DNA of 64,000 nucleotides from Azolla caroliniana (taxonomy: Eukaryota > Plantae > Polypodiophyta), in contig JBHGNT010000003.1 of assembly GCA_043228905.1 (NCBI GenBank), forward strand, positions 21,328,001-21,392,000, read 5' to 3'. Every line of letters begins with the position of its first letter. Position 1 is the first letter of the stretch. Shown here piece after piece: positions 1-14,655 of the stretch. The notes under the pieces are model-generated. The model was not told the DNA's origin, ran no database searches, and saw only the letters and a program-made list of their open reading frames with translations. Both the position numbers and the translations under genes were made by a program.

Positions 1-3000
1 ATGTGGCCATTTATCAAATACATCTCAATTCATAGATATAAAAGCATTTCTGTTGTTTTAAACATTTGGCTATTTAATAAGCTTAATTTGGAGAGATTTT
101 GCATTATTATAAGATGATTTCTCCATCCATATGAAGCTCAAATGATCTTATGATCCAAGTTCATGAGGCACAAGTATGCAAGAATGGCTCCTCAATATTG
201 TACCCCACAATATGAAATTCACTAAAGTTAAAAGTATATGGGGTGATGTGCAATAACACGTTCTTGATTTTATAAGAATATCACCACCTTCATCATCTAA
301 ATAAAAATGAATGATGAAAAGCATAATTGCATCCATGGGGATCTTGCATGTACCTATGTATTGAAGAGACCATCATGATTCGTTTAATTGACATAAAGTA
401 AGGAGTATTTCTTTATGCGCTTCAAATTTAAAATGTCAAGGAATTAATTAGATCGACAACCATTGAATGCATTGGATTCTCGTTGTTAGGTTCAAAACTC
501 ACTTTAAACTTCACTACATTTTCAAAATCACTCTTCGACAAGTGTTTCTTTTGTGCGACATGCAATAATATTTAATACTTACAATTTTCACGAAGACATA
601 CTTGGAACTTGGAGGAGTGGCATTCAAACGATTTAATCTCGCAAGTATTTCATCGAAGATCCCGAAACGTGCCATTGTGCCATTCTCACATTGAAAATTA
701 ATCTAGCATTCCCTATGAACACAAACTAACGAAAAGGCTAAATTAATGGAGGTTAAATGTGAATGTGCCCCTCGTTGCCAATTGGGTTTTCAGGAGGACT
801 AAATTATCAATTATGTGAGCATCAACGGATGCGGTATTCCTCATGAACATCAACACATGTCAAGAGCTTGATCACGAATGAGTTAAACCCCTCTATTCGG
901 TGGTCATGGGGTATAAGGCCCTTTCTCGCCATAAATATCGTGTGTGAACATAGGTTTTTGCACCCATGTTGTATATGTGGATAAATTGTGGGGCGTCAAG
1001 TGATAACCTTTAGATTACGAAACTCATGTTTTTGCAATTACACCCATTGTATTATTTTTCAAATTATTTTTCTTAGTGCATTTGATTCATTGCCTCTTCT
1101 TTATGATAATTTTCTCCATTTCCTTGCCCCCTCCCCAACTCACGCGCACCCCCCATCCTTTACTGCTAGGTTAAGTACATATTATTGGAATTTCTTTCCT
1201 TTAAGTATTTTGGTTTGATTTTGTAACAGATGAATCCCCTAATAAATGTGCATGACAACCTCTCGAGGATATGTAGCCTTGTTTTATTGAGTAGAACACG
1301 TTGATTATGAACGCTTATCGTGTACACAAGCAATTTAAGAATGACAATGAAACTGTCTTCATCAAATAGAAACTTTGTTTGCTCCTTTTTTGTGATTGCA
1401 ATGGCCTAGGCACCATCAATTTATTTGGAACATAGTATTCAAACAATTTTGTTTCACTTGTACAACAATCATGCGATGTAAAACAAAACTTTCAAGAGGG
1501 TAGTAGGTGCATCAAAATTTCATGAAAAAATCATGCATGGCCTCAATCTTTTGTCATGTTGTTGGCCAGTAATATAAATTTCATTGAGTTCTAGCATACA
1601 TGTGTATAAGATCGTGGTGGATTATGATTTAAACTATAGGTTGGGTTATTTTTCTTCATTTCAACATATATGCATACAACAAGTATATAGGATGTTTGTC
1701 AATCCATGTCTTTATGGCCTGTAATTCACGAGACATATGGACAACAACTTTTTTATGATATAGAACTCACTATGCATATATAAATTTACATAGATGACAG
1801 GTTGGTGGAAGCACTTCTTTTACTATATATGACTTATAAAATATATACAAAACCCTTCTTTCTTTTTCATTTTCATTTTCATTTACTTTATTTAACCTCC
1901 TTCCAATGATAAATTCACTTGCCAAAACTTGACCAATTTGTTCATCAAATCACTCTGAGCTTCAATAGCAATATGTTAAATGCATACCTATCACAAGAGG
2001 TAGCAATTTTTATCGTCATATGTGAGTTGTCATCCATTTCAATGTCTGTGGCCACCTTCTCTAATTTGTGCCAATTTTGCTTATATTCTAGTTCTTTAAT
2101 AAACAAGGATAATTCATCAATTCTTTAACTAGGTTGAGGTGACACTCTTACTTGGAAGCTTGCTCTTGGATTTACGAAGCTAAAAAAGAAACGTTATTAT
2201 TTGTAATTATAATTGTAGATAGTCAAGTTTATATGTAAAAACCTAACCTTACGACAAAAAAATGTAAGATATCTTAGTTGTGATTCTTCTAGCCTATTGG
2301 AGAATTCTACTCATGTGTTGTATATATACATATCGCAAGCTCATGTGTCTCTTAAGTTTGGGCCCATGACTCCTACTTCTAGTGGGTCTGGAGTCTGATA
2401 GCAATCAATTCTTTGACTCCTTTATGGGTTGACATATATAATAATTCTTGGTTTAATTTGTTAATATAGTGGTTAGAGGATACATGGGTTTGGCCTTAGA
2501 TTTTTTCAACATACTAGCAAATAGTTGCATGTGTGGATGGTTCAACATGGGATCCCTATCACCATAATGTGGGTGTGAGGGCTCTCTTGTCATACCGATG
2601 ACATGTTGTCGTCCATTCCTTATGCTTGCAACATAAGGTTTACGTTGTTTTTGAGACAAGAACCCTCTTCATAATTTGTATGTTACCGATGGTGAAGATG
2701 GAGATGTTTGCTTTTCCAAACAATAACCCTCTTTGTAAGGTTTATATTGATAATGATGAAAGGAGAATAAACATGCCAACTTCAACAACTATGCTTTATT
2801 TAACATGTTTGTTGTTTCTCTTTGAGGGGTGGAACCATATGTGCTATTGTTGTGGTTCCATTGTTATCCATACTTTGATGGGGCTTTCTTGCTATGATGA
2901 TCGTCTATACATTGGGTTCTTAGTTGAGAGTGGATCGTATATTAAGATTAGAGATAGAGAAATGGTGATAAAGTAGAGGTACGAACATAAAAAATGTGGA

Positions 3001-3539
3001 ACCCCAATTAATTAATTCAATGTGTTCACATCACAAGAAAAAGCTTCACATGCCCTCTCATGTGATTAATCAAATGTAGATGCCAAACCGAAACATGTTA
3101 GCTACATAAGCATACAAGGGAATCCTCGTCCCTTATGAAACAATAATAAATATAATTCAAAGATACACTGATAAACGAATAATGTGAGAATAAATACTTC
3201 ATATATGTGGAATATATTGCGAGGGATTATGTAGTATGAGATTATTGAGTATTCCATCAATTGTCATATTTAAGGGGGGGTGTCTAATGGAAGGAGGAAT
3301 TGTGGTTTGTTGAATGATACATTGTCTCATGTGAGAGTGACAAAGTTTGTAGCAGCATCTGGCTCTAGAGAAGATCATCATGCTCATATCAGTGCAAGCG
3401 TAATTCATGTGAGCACCATGAAAGAAAGCTTGTTAAGCCTTAGTTTCCACGCGCACCTAAGATTTGATTAGCCATGATGTTGCTTCAAGGAAATACACGA
3501 AGATGACTCATCCTCTTCAAGATTCGTTAATGATGTGAA

Positions 3540-4960
3540 CTATCTTAGGATAATGGCTATCACGTATGATGACAAATGCAAACAAAATTGGAAAAGTGAG
3601 ACTTGGTATATGGCAACTCAACCCAAAGACAATAAACATTGTTTTGCAAATGGGTCATTGAGATGGAGGTTACTTAAAATGACGTCGTAGTGATACACAT
3701 AGGTCTATAATGGTTGCAAATGGTTTCCAGAAAATGAAGAGTATCGTGCATTAACTTTGATGATCATTGGCTCTACATAAAGAGTGTCGAAGATGGTAAC
3801 TTAATCGTTACCTAGCTCGATGACAATGGTATGCTCAACACTCGAGGAGTCGAAATAAAGTTTAAGAATTTCATTTGCCATAAAGTATTCAAGGGTGTAA
3901 AGAATCAAGAGATGGTTTCTTATGAAGCGGAAGATATGTGAGTTATGTGTGTGTGTAAGAGACAGAGAGAGAGATAGTGAAACATAGAGAATACGCAAGG
4001 TAAAAGTATATTGACAAAGGAGAAAGACTCAACATCATACAAGGTGGGAGGAGGGTGCTTTATATAGTCACCCTCTCTCTTCATTAACTACAAGACTCAT
4101 GGAGCATGGGGAATGTGAAAGCTCATAAGTTATGTGTCATAGAATATGATTCTATGACTCATACTAAATGCTAGAATACAAAGAGGTGACTTAATAGTGA
4201 CTCTTGACTGTTGGAGTGTCTATTCACTCTCAAGGTGAGTTCACGCACTAGAGCAAGTTGAGCTTGATTCTCAACAAAGGGCATGCAAATTTATTGTGAT
4301 ATGAATAAGGGACTTTATGGATCTCTTAGATTGAGAATGTGGAAATATACTCTCTCAATTCAATATGGAAGAGGGAAAGGTCTCTACTACATCATTGCCT
4401 CCATATAAAAAATTGGAAAGGATACAAGTCATAAATTTGATGAGATAAACATGGAGATGGCTAAGATCCCATATGTGTCAATCGCAAGGAGTCTTATGTA
4501 TCAAGTGATTAATGTGTGGCCTAACATTAAGCTCGCAATGGGAGTAGTAAGCCAACTTATGGCTCATCTATGTTGTAAAAAAAGGGTTGCATGATTTAAT
4601 TTTTCTTCCAAAAAAACATACTACATTAGTATGTATTAGAAAACGCCATAAGGCATGTTTTATGAAGCTACGAGGAAACTTATGATATATCAAGGAACCA
4701 AGAACTTCAATATCGATTTTCATGACTCCAAAAATAGTGTTTTAAACTACGTGAATTCTAATTTTGCAAGGGGCGTGGATGTTGAAGTTCTACAACAGGC
4801 ACTCGTGCAATGTCATGGATATCTCTCGCACAACATCGTAAAACCCTTTTCCACATCAATGGCAAAGTACACCACTTCAATCTCAAGGATGCAAAGAAGC
4901 AAATATGTCTTATTCTAGTAGGAAGAGATTTAGGCACTTGTGGCAAGACTTCGACATTGT
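3540..4960 (+). mobile_element. Degenerate Ty1/copia RT-RNaseH relic, interrupted by a solo LTR
   Basis: Broken-frame motifs in copia order: CKWV (~3645), MVANGFQK (cf. LVAKGFxQ), DDHWLY, KIPYVSIARSLMY...AMGVVSQLM (cf. IPYAPAVGSLMY...AVGVVSRFM), YVNSNFA (cf. YTDSDFA), STSMAKY (cf. STTEAEY). These match the intact copia at 58-62 kb. Many stops and frameshifts. Confidence 0.75.
3785..4276 (-). mobile_element. Probable solo LTR (~490 bp)
   Basis: On the minus strand it starts TGTTGAG and ends TCGACA, with an internal TATATAAAG followed by a CT-rich tract. Flanks AAGAG/AAGGG are a 4/5 match to a 5-bp TSD. It splits the copia RT relic. Confidence 0.55.
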
Positions 4961-5179
4961 AGAAACGCTAGGATTGGCATGGGGCTCGGTCGTGCATGTG
5001 AAGCATGGGAGTATTTGGTAGGTTGAACAATGAACGAATGATGGGGCGGGGGGGAGGGGAGAGAATAGATGGGTCACTCTTGGTGATAAAAAGAGATGGT
5101 TCTTGAAGCAGAAGTTGAGGTGCGGAAGTGCGTGTATGAAGAAGGGCAAAGGTCAAAGGCCAAGGCCATGGCATGTTGG

Positions 5180-5350
5180 AGTCTGCAATGGCTCGAGTCA
5201 AGCTTGAACCGAGCCGTTAAACCAATTTTAAACGAATTGGCGGTTCCGTTCGATTCGGTTCAAGCTCGAGCCTCCTTAACCGGTTTGAGCTCGGTTTGGC
5301 AAGGCTCAAGTCGAGCCGAGCCGTTTAAGGTGGAAATGGTTATTACTGGT
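5180..5350. mobile_element. hAT-type MITE subterminal fragment (AACCG/GAGCC/CGGTT-rich)
   Basis: Clustered gaaccgagccg/ggttcaagctcgagc motifs. The start (gcaatggctcga) is the reverse complement of the element end at ~54803-54823. Confidence 0.5.
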
Positions 5351-6799
5351 TAGTTAATGCATAAAACGGTTTGCCCATAGGGAGGATAATTTGCTTTCCC
5401 GCCCGAACCAACCGCGATACAATCATGGCCATAGACAAAGCAAAGTCTCGATTACCACACACAACTGCAATAAGTGAAGAGAATATGATACGATAAGCAT
5501 GAAGGTCGTTTATCCACCTCACAAACAACCAAAAGGCCCTTCACCTGCATTAATCAAACTTAGTAGCAAGTTTGGCTATCAACTCAAATTACTTAAGTGG
5601 TGATGGCTAAATTGTATAGTCATGCCGTTAATCACTATCCTTCACCATTTCCTTGGCTGGACCCAAAGTTTATAGAAAGAAAACCAAAATTAATTAAAAT
5701 ATTGGAGTAGCCACGATTGATTGCAATGAGAGTCATTATACTCCACCTGGAGTTAGAGTTGGAACATGTATGCAAAATAAGGTGCTAAAGGTGCTTGGTT
5801 GGCTTGAAGATAAGTATATCATAGAACTTTGTTAACAAATCCATTGGGGTACTTTAGAGAAAGTGAATTTATTTAGGAGGAGGCGAAAGAAAGGACGCAC
5901 GAAAAGGAGGTAGACTTTTGGTGTTACTTTAGGGAAAGCCCATCAATTCGGTTCCTAATAAACACTCACTCGTTACGGGATTCTCAGCGTCGAGGTGTGG
6001 ATTTTACTTCATTAAAAGGAAACCAACCATTCTTTCTCATGAGAACCCATATATCATCCAGGGTGAAAGTCTCATGTAGTGTCTTGCTAAAATACCTTGG
6101 CGTTGTGAAGGTTTTTTTTTCTTTACAATCACTAGTTTAATAGGAAATAACTTTATTCTTTTTCTTTTCTAAGCTGTTTTTGTTACAAACCAATATGTTG
6201 CTTACTGCCTGCGCGGATATGGGCCTTCGAGCAAGCAATGAATGTAGCACCAGTCAATTCCTCGCCGCCGACCGATTTCAGGCACGACTTACAGGCAAAG
6301 AGTTTCTACACTATCCTCTAGGACCCATATCCGCTCGCAAGGATCGACCTAGAAAATATGTACAAGTTCTTCAAAGATATTTTTGCAAGGGACAAACTAA
6401 ATCCTCAAGTTGGGTAGGATGGCACTACTGGCAAATTCTATCTGGCAAAGACGCAGGCGCGAAGCGTGGTAGGCCCGCTAGCATTTTTTTTGCTTGCCGA
6501 TAGCATACAAGAAAAACCGAGACGGGAATCGACAAAACTACAGAAATGTAACCAAGCAAGCGGTTGAGCCGGGAGGGCCGCGTCATTTGACGAGAATGAG
6601 GAGGCCGATTTCTTCTGTTCAAGTTGCTTGCGGGAGAAAGGAGTGAGAACGAGGAGTTGGCCTTACCACCGTGGCTAGGCCCATGGGTTGGTTCCTCCAG
6701 GCCCAAGGCTAGGGCCTTGGCGGGTTTACGGCGCGACGACAGGCGGCGGGCGCTGCCCACTGGGAGGATAAATTTGCTTTCCCCCTCCCTCCAAGCCTT

Positions 6800-7005
6800 A
6801 ACCGGTAATAACTGTTTCCGCCTTAAACAGTTTAGTTCAGCTTGAGCCTTGCGAAACCGAGCTCAAACCGGTTTCGCCAAACCAAGCTAAACCTTAACTT
6901 CGTTAGGAACCGATATGGTTCAAGTTTGGAAACTCTGAAACCGGTTAAGGCTTTAACAGGTTTGGTTTGGACAAGGACAAACCGGTTAAGCCGAAACCGA
7001 ACCGT
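6800..7005. mobile_element. hAT-type MITE subterminal fragment directly upstream of NdhL
   Basis: Dense aaaccg/cggttt/aaccaagc motifs of the same family as other MITE ends in the window. Confidence 0.5.
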
Positions 7006-7201
7006 AAATAAGAAGTAGCCTGTTGCGTGATGATGTCCGATGGATGGGGGGGGGGCCATGGGTTGTAATTTCATGAAAGTTTGGGGTCTGTTTTATACAT
7101 GTTTTTCCATGGAGAACAGGGGAAGTGGGCGAAGGAAGAAACGAAGGACGGCAAGAGACGAAGGGATTAGAGTTGTGCTGCTTGTTTGTGTTTCTGTGGC
7201 T

Positions 7202-7861
7202 ATGGCGACCTTGCCTCTCTCTTCCTCTTGCCCTGCTCTCCTCTCTGCTTCCCTGACTTCTAAGGCTGTCAGAAGAGTAGAAAGTTGCCCCCTCAGCTGC
7301 AACATGAACATGAACAAGGCACCCCCTGGAGCTCTCTGTCACAGGAAGACACCTCCGATTTCTTCCTTCTTTAACATTGCTGATAATGGAAGATCAGGTA
7401 TCCCATTTCTCAAGGTAATATAATCTAATATGTATATATATATAATATACTAATATGCACCTATAGACTTATACTGCCTCTGAGTCCCATTCCCTCATTC
7501 TCTCATGTTTTCGTTATTTCCCGTGAATGCGCGTACATTTTCACTATCTCTCGGAATGTCCTTTCCAAAGTTCCGCCCTTAGTCATCATCTCAAGGAAAA
7601 AGAGCAATTGTGTGCTCTATTTCTGCAATTTCATGGTGAATGGTGAAATATCACTTGTTTTCTCAAGGTTATACACACACACACACACACACACACACCT
7701 GAGATTTTTCTTTGAATTTCCTTGGCCGTGCCCTTCTCTCAGTTGTATGTGCTATATGTTGAGGAGCATAATGGTCAATTCCTTCCATTTCCTCTCTTTC
7801 CTTTGATTGCTGGCCGGTGTTAATTTCTGGAAATAACGAAAACTTTTGGGTATTAGGGTAA

Positions 7862-7903
<42 letters not shown>

Positions 7904-9016
7904 CGTTTAGAGGTTGATATCAAAATAGTAACTGGGATCAGGATCAATATTTGTGGTAGAATATAGAGAGATGACAATGAGGATGATGGAAAAAATGATT
8001 TCCATTATTCTCCCTTACAGGTTTTGCCAAAACATATGATTCACAACATTGAGAATGCTACTTTGAAACGCTTGATTCCGCCTACATTAGGTGTGAGTTT
8101 ACTTATGGTGAGTTTTAAGTCCTTTCTTCAAATTTTTTTAATACTTGTCATTGAAACATAAGTGTAGTAAGGAAACTCCTGATTTTTATTGTACTTTTTG
8201 CTTTTTTACTGTATCAAGGTAAGCCCTCCTGCACATGCGCTGCCTTTTGATTTGCCGGAGAACTGGCTGGAGATTTTTCTCATCATTGGCTCATTCGCAA
8301 TCATATACCTTTTCGTAGTTCCGGTTTGTGATCTTGTGCCTACTCAATATCTCTAATGTGCTAAAAATGCTTGTTTTGACAATTTAGCAAATTATACTGA
8401 GGGTTTTTACTAAATAAAGAAAGAGTTTGTGCCCTACTGATGCTCTACCCTGACACAAGTCGACTTATCTTTCATGGGTGTCATGATAATTCATGCATTG
8501 GATATCGTAGGATACTTAAAATATATGTCCACGTGCAATGTCTGTTTGATTGGCCTACTTGTACAATGATATTTACGAATACCCTGCAGACACACTACCC
8601 TTAAATTGAGCAACATATCTTTCATGAATGTCTTGATAGTTCAAGCATCAGACATCCCAAGGTGTGTAAAATGTATGTCCATGTGCGATGAGAGTTTGAT
8701 TGGCCTAGTTCAAAAGTTAGTGTTCACTCTACATTACTTGTTATTATTCTGCAGCTATTCTTGTATTATTACTTGGAACGACGATGGTTTAAAAGGAAAA
8801 TGGCGGAAGCAATCTTGCAATTTGGACTTGTATTCTTATTTTTCCCAGGGTAAGAATTGTTCTTCTAATTTCTACAGCATTTGGCCTTTCCTTGAAGTCT
8901 TAAATTGTTTTTGATTTTCAACATCTAGGATGCTTCTCCTAGCCCCATTTATCAATTTCCGGAGCTTACCAAGAGATGGTGCAAAGGAGCCTTGGGATGA
9001 GATACGTCCATTGTGA
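7202..9016 (+). CDS. ndhL: Chloroplast NDH complex subunit L (NdhL/CRR23) with transit peptide, ~195 aa
   Basis: Exons 7202-7414, 8021-8107, 8219-8323, 8755-8849, 8929-9016, all GT-AG and in frame (588 nt). Ser/Ala-rich N-terminus, PAHA, then IYLFVVPLFLYYYLERRWFKRKMAEAILQFGLVFLFFPGMLLLAPFINFR, which is the NdhL signature (RW...E...F.LVF.FFPG..L.APF.NFR). Confidence 0.92.
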
Positions 9017-11033
9017 TTTTATATATATATCGATTTATTGGCATTTATATCAATCTTGGTGTGGGTGTATATATAAGAAGTCTTGGCTCCCTCTGTTTTT
9101 GCTTTCTCGCATAATATGTAGGGAAAGTGTATCTCTAATATTCGTTCATAGTTTGAGTCAAGCTTCTTTAGAACTGCAGTATGTCCTGTGGTAAAAGTCT
9201 TTGTATTATTATTATTATGACTTTGCAAAGACATGAAGATGCTCTTCATGGCAAAGTATTTATGGAAGGTGTATCTGTGTATCTCATATTTGTTCGTATA
9301 TGAGTGAAGTTCCTACTAATGTGTTAAAATTGTGATTTGTAAAGAAATGGAAATGCTGGCAATCAAGGTCAGTTGAAACAAATAGAAATTAAAGGATAAG
9401 GATGCATGAGAAGTGCACGCAACCCAATGGTAAGTGCAAATGGAGGATCTATGACAACAACTTGCGGCACAAGCATTACAAGCAATTAGACATGTGGACA
9501 ACACATGAATTGTTTGGAACAGCAGAGTGGTCTCATCGACCCATCATGTGAACCATGGTTGACCAATGTGATGAACGTCTATAAAAGGGAAGGAAGACAT
9601 AGAAACACAAGTAAAGTGGATGAGATGCGAGACTAGGAAGCAACAAAGTCATGTTAATTTAGAAACTAGTAATAAGCTATAGCATGTTTGTTAATGGTGT
9701 AATCCCTTTCAAAAAAGGATGGAATCAACGATGCGGATTGTAGGTGAAGAGAGGTCTCATTGTCACATCAGTCATCAGAGGCCAACACTTGGGAGAACCT
9801 ATCTGAATGCAAGGAAGCGGAGAAGAGAGTGGCAAGAGAAGTTGAAGGAATGCATATTCAAGAGCAATCCTAATAACCTAACAGAGGATTTTATGCACAT
9901 TATTTATTCTAATGAAAGTAGTTTGATGTTGTGAGGCCTATCTTGTCTATAGTGTGATCATGTTCTAACTCAAACTATTATTCGAACGGTGCTTTGGTTG
10001 GTGCAGGAGCTCAAATAAAAAACTCTAGACTAGTGATAGTAACCACAATATCCAGTGCTAACTGAATTTGTTGGCCAAATAACATGACAACCCATAATGC
10101 CACTATCTTGATGGATCTATGATTTGGTTGAGAATGGTGTTTGAATTCCTGACCTCAACATCAACATGAGAGCCTATGCTTTGATCTCAAATGCAATTTT
10201 GTCAAGGAATACATGTGATGCCTTCTCAACTCTTGGAAGATCCATTTGCTAGTCTCAATGTACAGAAAGCAACTAGAAGTTCAATGTACACTGTCACACA
10301 AAGTGCAGAAAGCCACACATCTTGTGTTTTTCAATTAGTTGATATCCTTGCCTTACCTCACAAGAGAGCTACAGAAAATGACACCTTGTATTTGTCAAGG
10401 ATTTGATGGACAGGACATGTGTGATAAGATGAACTTAATTGTACTATGGAATGTTGAACTCCACTCAAAGATTCAGAATTCTATGCATCTTCATGACGGT
10501 GAAGAAAACTATAACTCCTTTTTTACAAGATAAGCCATCATATCTTCAAATGGCTTAACATTGATCTGCTGATAGCAACTTTGGGTCCTAGCAGGCATAC
10601 CAACTAAATTGACAAGATTCAAATGGTAAATTGATGCACACCTATTAGCGTAATAAGATAAGGAAAACAAGGAAGATGATTTATAACATGTCAAAATTAC
10701 CATCATTGTAGAACACAATGATGTTCTATATAAACCAAGTGATAGCCAATATACACCATCTCACTTGAGGGAATTTGAGAAAGAAAATCAATCATGTATT
10801 GATCAGCAAAATTTGGGCCTCAAGGAGGGGTGTCCAAAAACAATAAATGAATATATATATATATATATATAGAAAGAGAGTGACTATGTAGGATGATGGA
10901 TGGGGTAGCAATTATAGTACAAAGATGGAACATATAAAAAAGATTGAATAATGACTCTTTAAAAAGTCATGGCCAAAACACATCTTGAATCCCTTTGTTG
11001 GTTTCTGTTTTCTATGCGTCATCATCAATTCAT

Positions 11034-14000
11034 TCAATCACCATCAGAATGCATTGATGGTGAAGTACTTGTGCAAGTCAATGGCCCTCCGAAGAAGATT
11101 GAAGCTCCGTCCAACTCGATGGAGCTTCCCTCCCTTTCCTCGAAGTTAAGGGACCTAGCTAGGAATTTGTTTTTGCTCTTAGAGTATCTCCATCCTTGGT
11201 CGTCGTCATCACCATTACCACTGTCCATAGACCTCATGAGTGGACTCTTGGAAGCCGAACCTGGAGATGATTTAGACAAGAGACGCCGTGGAATGGGACT
11301 ATCCATGAAATCACTTGCTACCCGTGGAGGCGACAACATGTCACCATTGTCTATCTCATTACCTGTTTGATTGCGAGTGGGGGGAGAGTGTGGCTCACTT
11401 TCTTGATGGCGAAAGGGAGAGCTACAGTGGCTCCACATCATGTTGTCATGTGGTGATGGGGTATGCCGAAATTCTCCTACAGAAGGTGGATACATATGCT
11501 TATTCTGAGTTTGCAAGGTCCATGTACCGGTTGTTTGCTCTAAGCCATGAACATGTGGATGATGTTGGTAAGAGCTTGATGGACATGGCATGTCCTTTGC
11601 CTCACATGACAATGATGGCCTTAGTTGAAATCCTGGGGTGGTTTCCAGTGGAGGCCATGCATGATGGCCAAAGACAGGCAATGACTGTTGTTGTCGCCGT
11701 TTCTGACCTCTTACACCTGCCGTCTGTGCTTTTGCCATAAGCTTTGCCACTTCATCCATGTCCAGACGTGCCAGTTGCCATGGGCTTATCTTCACTTTGT
11801 GACGATATGGACGAGTTGGGTGTGGGTGTGATGGAAGTACAGGAAGGGTAGGGACGGGCATTGTAATAGTCGTTGCAGTGGTGGATGAAGAAGTTGAATC
11901 AGGATCTACTGTAGAAGGCAAACTCCATTGAGGCAATTGTGGAGCAACTTCTTCCTGGGGAAAAACAATATAAGTCGTGTGCATGTTGGATTAGATCCCT
12001 ATTGGATTACATTTGGTTATTACCTGGTTGTCTGATTCCAAGTACACCCGAGGAGGTGTACACCATGTTCGCCTATACTGAGCTCCGAATGCACTCGATC
12101 CGATACTCCGGCTACTCATGAGCGAGCTCACCGGGGACACAGGTGGATTGTTGTGCTCAATGTCTTGCTCATTTAGACTCATCAGTTCATTAAGGGTTCT
12201 TGATGCAACGACATAGTCATAGGTTGTAAGGCCCTATTGGAGTGTACAAAAAAAGGCAAGCGTGTTATCTATGAGTATATCCATAAATCATACATGAATG
12301 TAGCTTAATATGAGACAATCATAGACGTAATGATATGTTTAAAGTAGCCAAGTATGCGATGGCTATCTGAACTATGACAAAAATGGCATGAGCTAATGGA
12401 CTGGTCTTTGCTTTAACTGACTCACATTAATGTATGATTATCACATAACATTAATATCTATGACGTGTATATTACCTTCTTAATCAAGAGGATGTGGAAT
12501 AACAAAAGTTCTCCCACAGCCGCAAGTGCAACAAGTGAAACGCTCGAAGAGATAAGCTGTGCCACACCACCGTTTTAAGAGAAAAAGAAACACCAAGTTC
12601 TCACAAAGTACAAAATGGTTGAGCAAATTAAAAGATCTGATGACACTGTAAAGACATTAGTGTTCATATATGTGAGAAATAAAAATCTAGTTTATTTGTG
12701 TGGAACATTACTTGTAACTTCTTAAAAGTTCTCACAATATGTACCTCGGTCACAAAAAACTTACTGACGAGAAAATGACATACCACAATAGCAACGACTG
12801 TGCCTTTTGAGAAACCGTTTCCTAGTTTCTCATGAATCATTTGAGTCATAATACCATGGTCATGAAGGAAGCACCTCACAATCACCATTACTCCAGTGAT
12901 GACCTCTAAAAGAAGCTACAATAAACATAAGCAAATGTACACACTGTAAGTACAAAGAAGTAGGAGGAAAAGAAACGAGCATTCAAAAGGGTAAATTTAG
13001 ATTGATCAAAAGACCGTCTTCAGAAATAGAGGAACTTACAAATCCAACAGTAACACACATCAAGGACAAAAAGGTACTGTAATTCCGCTTTCCCACACAA
13101 TTGTTGATCCACTGCTCAATGGAATATGTATCAGATATAAGCATACTGAATAATAATAGTAAAACACAATGGAACCCACCGTAAAGCGATCAAATGTTTG
13201 ATATATGTTTATATACATATGATGGAAAAAGAAAGTGATGAAAACGTACTCTTAAGTAAAAAAAAGAAAAGAAAAAGAAAATCAAAGTAACATACCTTGC
13301 AATGATGATCAAATCCATACACGCACTTATCACAGCTTTTGCAATGCTTGCTACATTTGCTTACCTACCAATTTTCAATGTAATTCATTTCTTTTAACAA
13401 TGATCAGAAATTGTGACTTAGATGATCGGAGAAAGAATAAGAGATTAAAATTCCCCCATGCCCATACATACCCTCCGGTTGCAGAGCATACAATTGAGAG
13501 AATTGGCCATAGCTTGCGATGACGTGCTGTTCTCGACACAAGTGTCAGGGCCTACTATACACTGGAATGGGAGCATAAGGAACCGGGTGAGGGCCGAGAG
13601 GGTGCCTTTTCGTGCATTGCGGTGGCTTTGGATCGCCAGGGAATGAAGGGCTTCAAGCTTCAAGATGGAGTCTTGTATCGTATCGAGCTTCTCTTGCGAT
13701 GCATTCGTCGCAGGCATTGTGGAGAATGGCTTGATTGGGATGTGTATGGATATGCCTTCATCTTCAGGATTGATGGCTGCACATCTTATATACAAGAAGA
13801 ACACCGCGACCGCCTGTATGTATACAAATCATTAACAACCCAATCTCGCCAATACAGAGGTGGAAAACTCTCTTTTTTTTTGTATGGTTATGATACCATT
13901 CATTCACTCATTAGAGTTTAATGCTTCTTATTGAGCCTATTTCAGCCACAATTCAGAGCGCTATGGTCCAGACATGGACCTAGGGTGGTCATCTTGGCTA

Positions 14001-14655
14001 TAGAAACGGCTAGCTACCTAGCTGCTACCCATGAAAAGAGATTAAGAATTGAGAGGAATTGATCGAATGGAGAGTCAATCTGAATATGTCCATGAAAGCC
14101 CTAGCTAGGGCTATGTGAATGAGAAGAATACTATAGATGAGAGCTGATTTAGCGTTAAGGTTTGTTAATGAATGAATACTCTGATCTCATTAGGGTTTTT
14201 TTGTGTTAGGTTATATACGTGCTAAAGTATCTATTGTAGTTATGATAAAGAACCCTAAACTCCAGGATTTATCCATGAACTCTATTTGAAATTGAATCAA
14301 ATATTTGGTCATATACCCTATCATCAATTTGCATTAAAGTCGAATATATTTTCGTGGATTTTTCATCCGCCCCTCTTACCAGTGGAGTGTAGAGCAGTGT
14401 AAATGTAGCAACAATCTGTGTGCTTCCCAGGAACGATGCAGAGAAGAAATAAAACGAACATAGGAATCCAATGAAACATAGAATCGCTGTAATCTGCAGG
14501 AAAGAAAGAAGAGATGCATAAAAAGAGTAAATATTTACATATGTTTGTGTAAGATTGATTTTTTTGAGTGTTTTTTTGGCCACTTCATTGTTAGAATAAG
14601 AAGAGAAGCAAACCTGCAATCTGTGGAAAGGAAGGTGCCAGCCATGGCGCCTCAT
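11034..14655 (-). CDS. DHHC-type protein S-acyltransferase (PAT19/20/22-like), ~660 aa
   Basis: Exons 14655-14614, 14493-14380, 13813-13472, 13364-13296, 13111-13040, 12915-12784, 12556-12476, 12233-12024, 11954-11034, all phase-0 GT-AG. N-terminus MRRHGWHLPFHRLQ; Cys-rich domain CMLC...[54 protein letters not shown]; C-terminal SIFFGGPL, typical of this plant clade. Confidence 0.93.

Noticed and set aside
7040-7201. Upstream in-frame ATGs extending NdhL
   Set aside because: The extension lacks transit-peptide character, and the MAT start at 7202 gives a typical NdhL length. Not excluded without transcript data.
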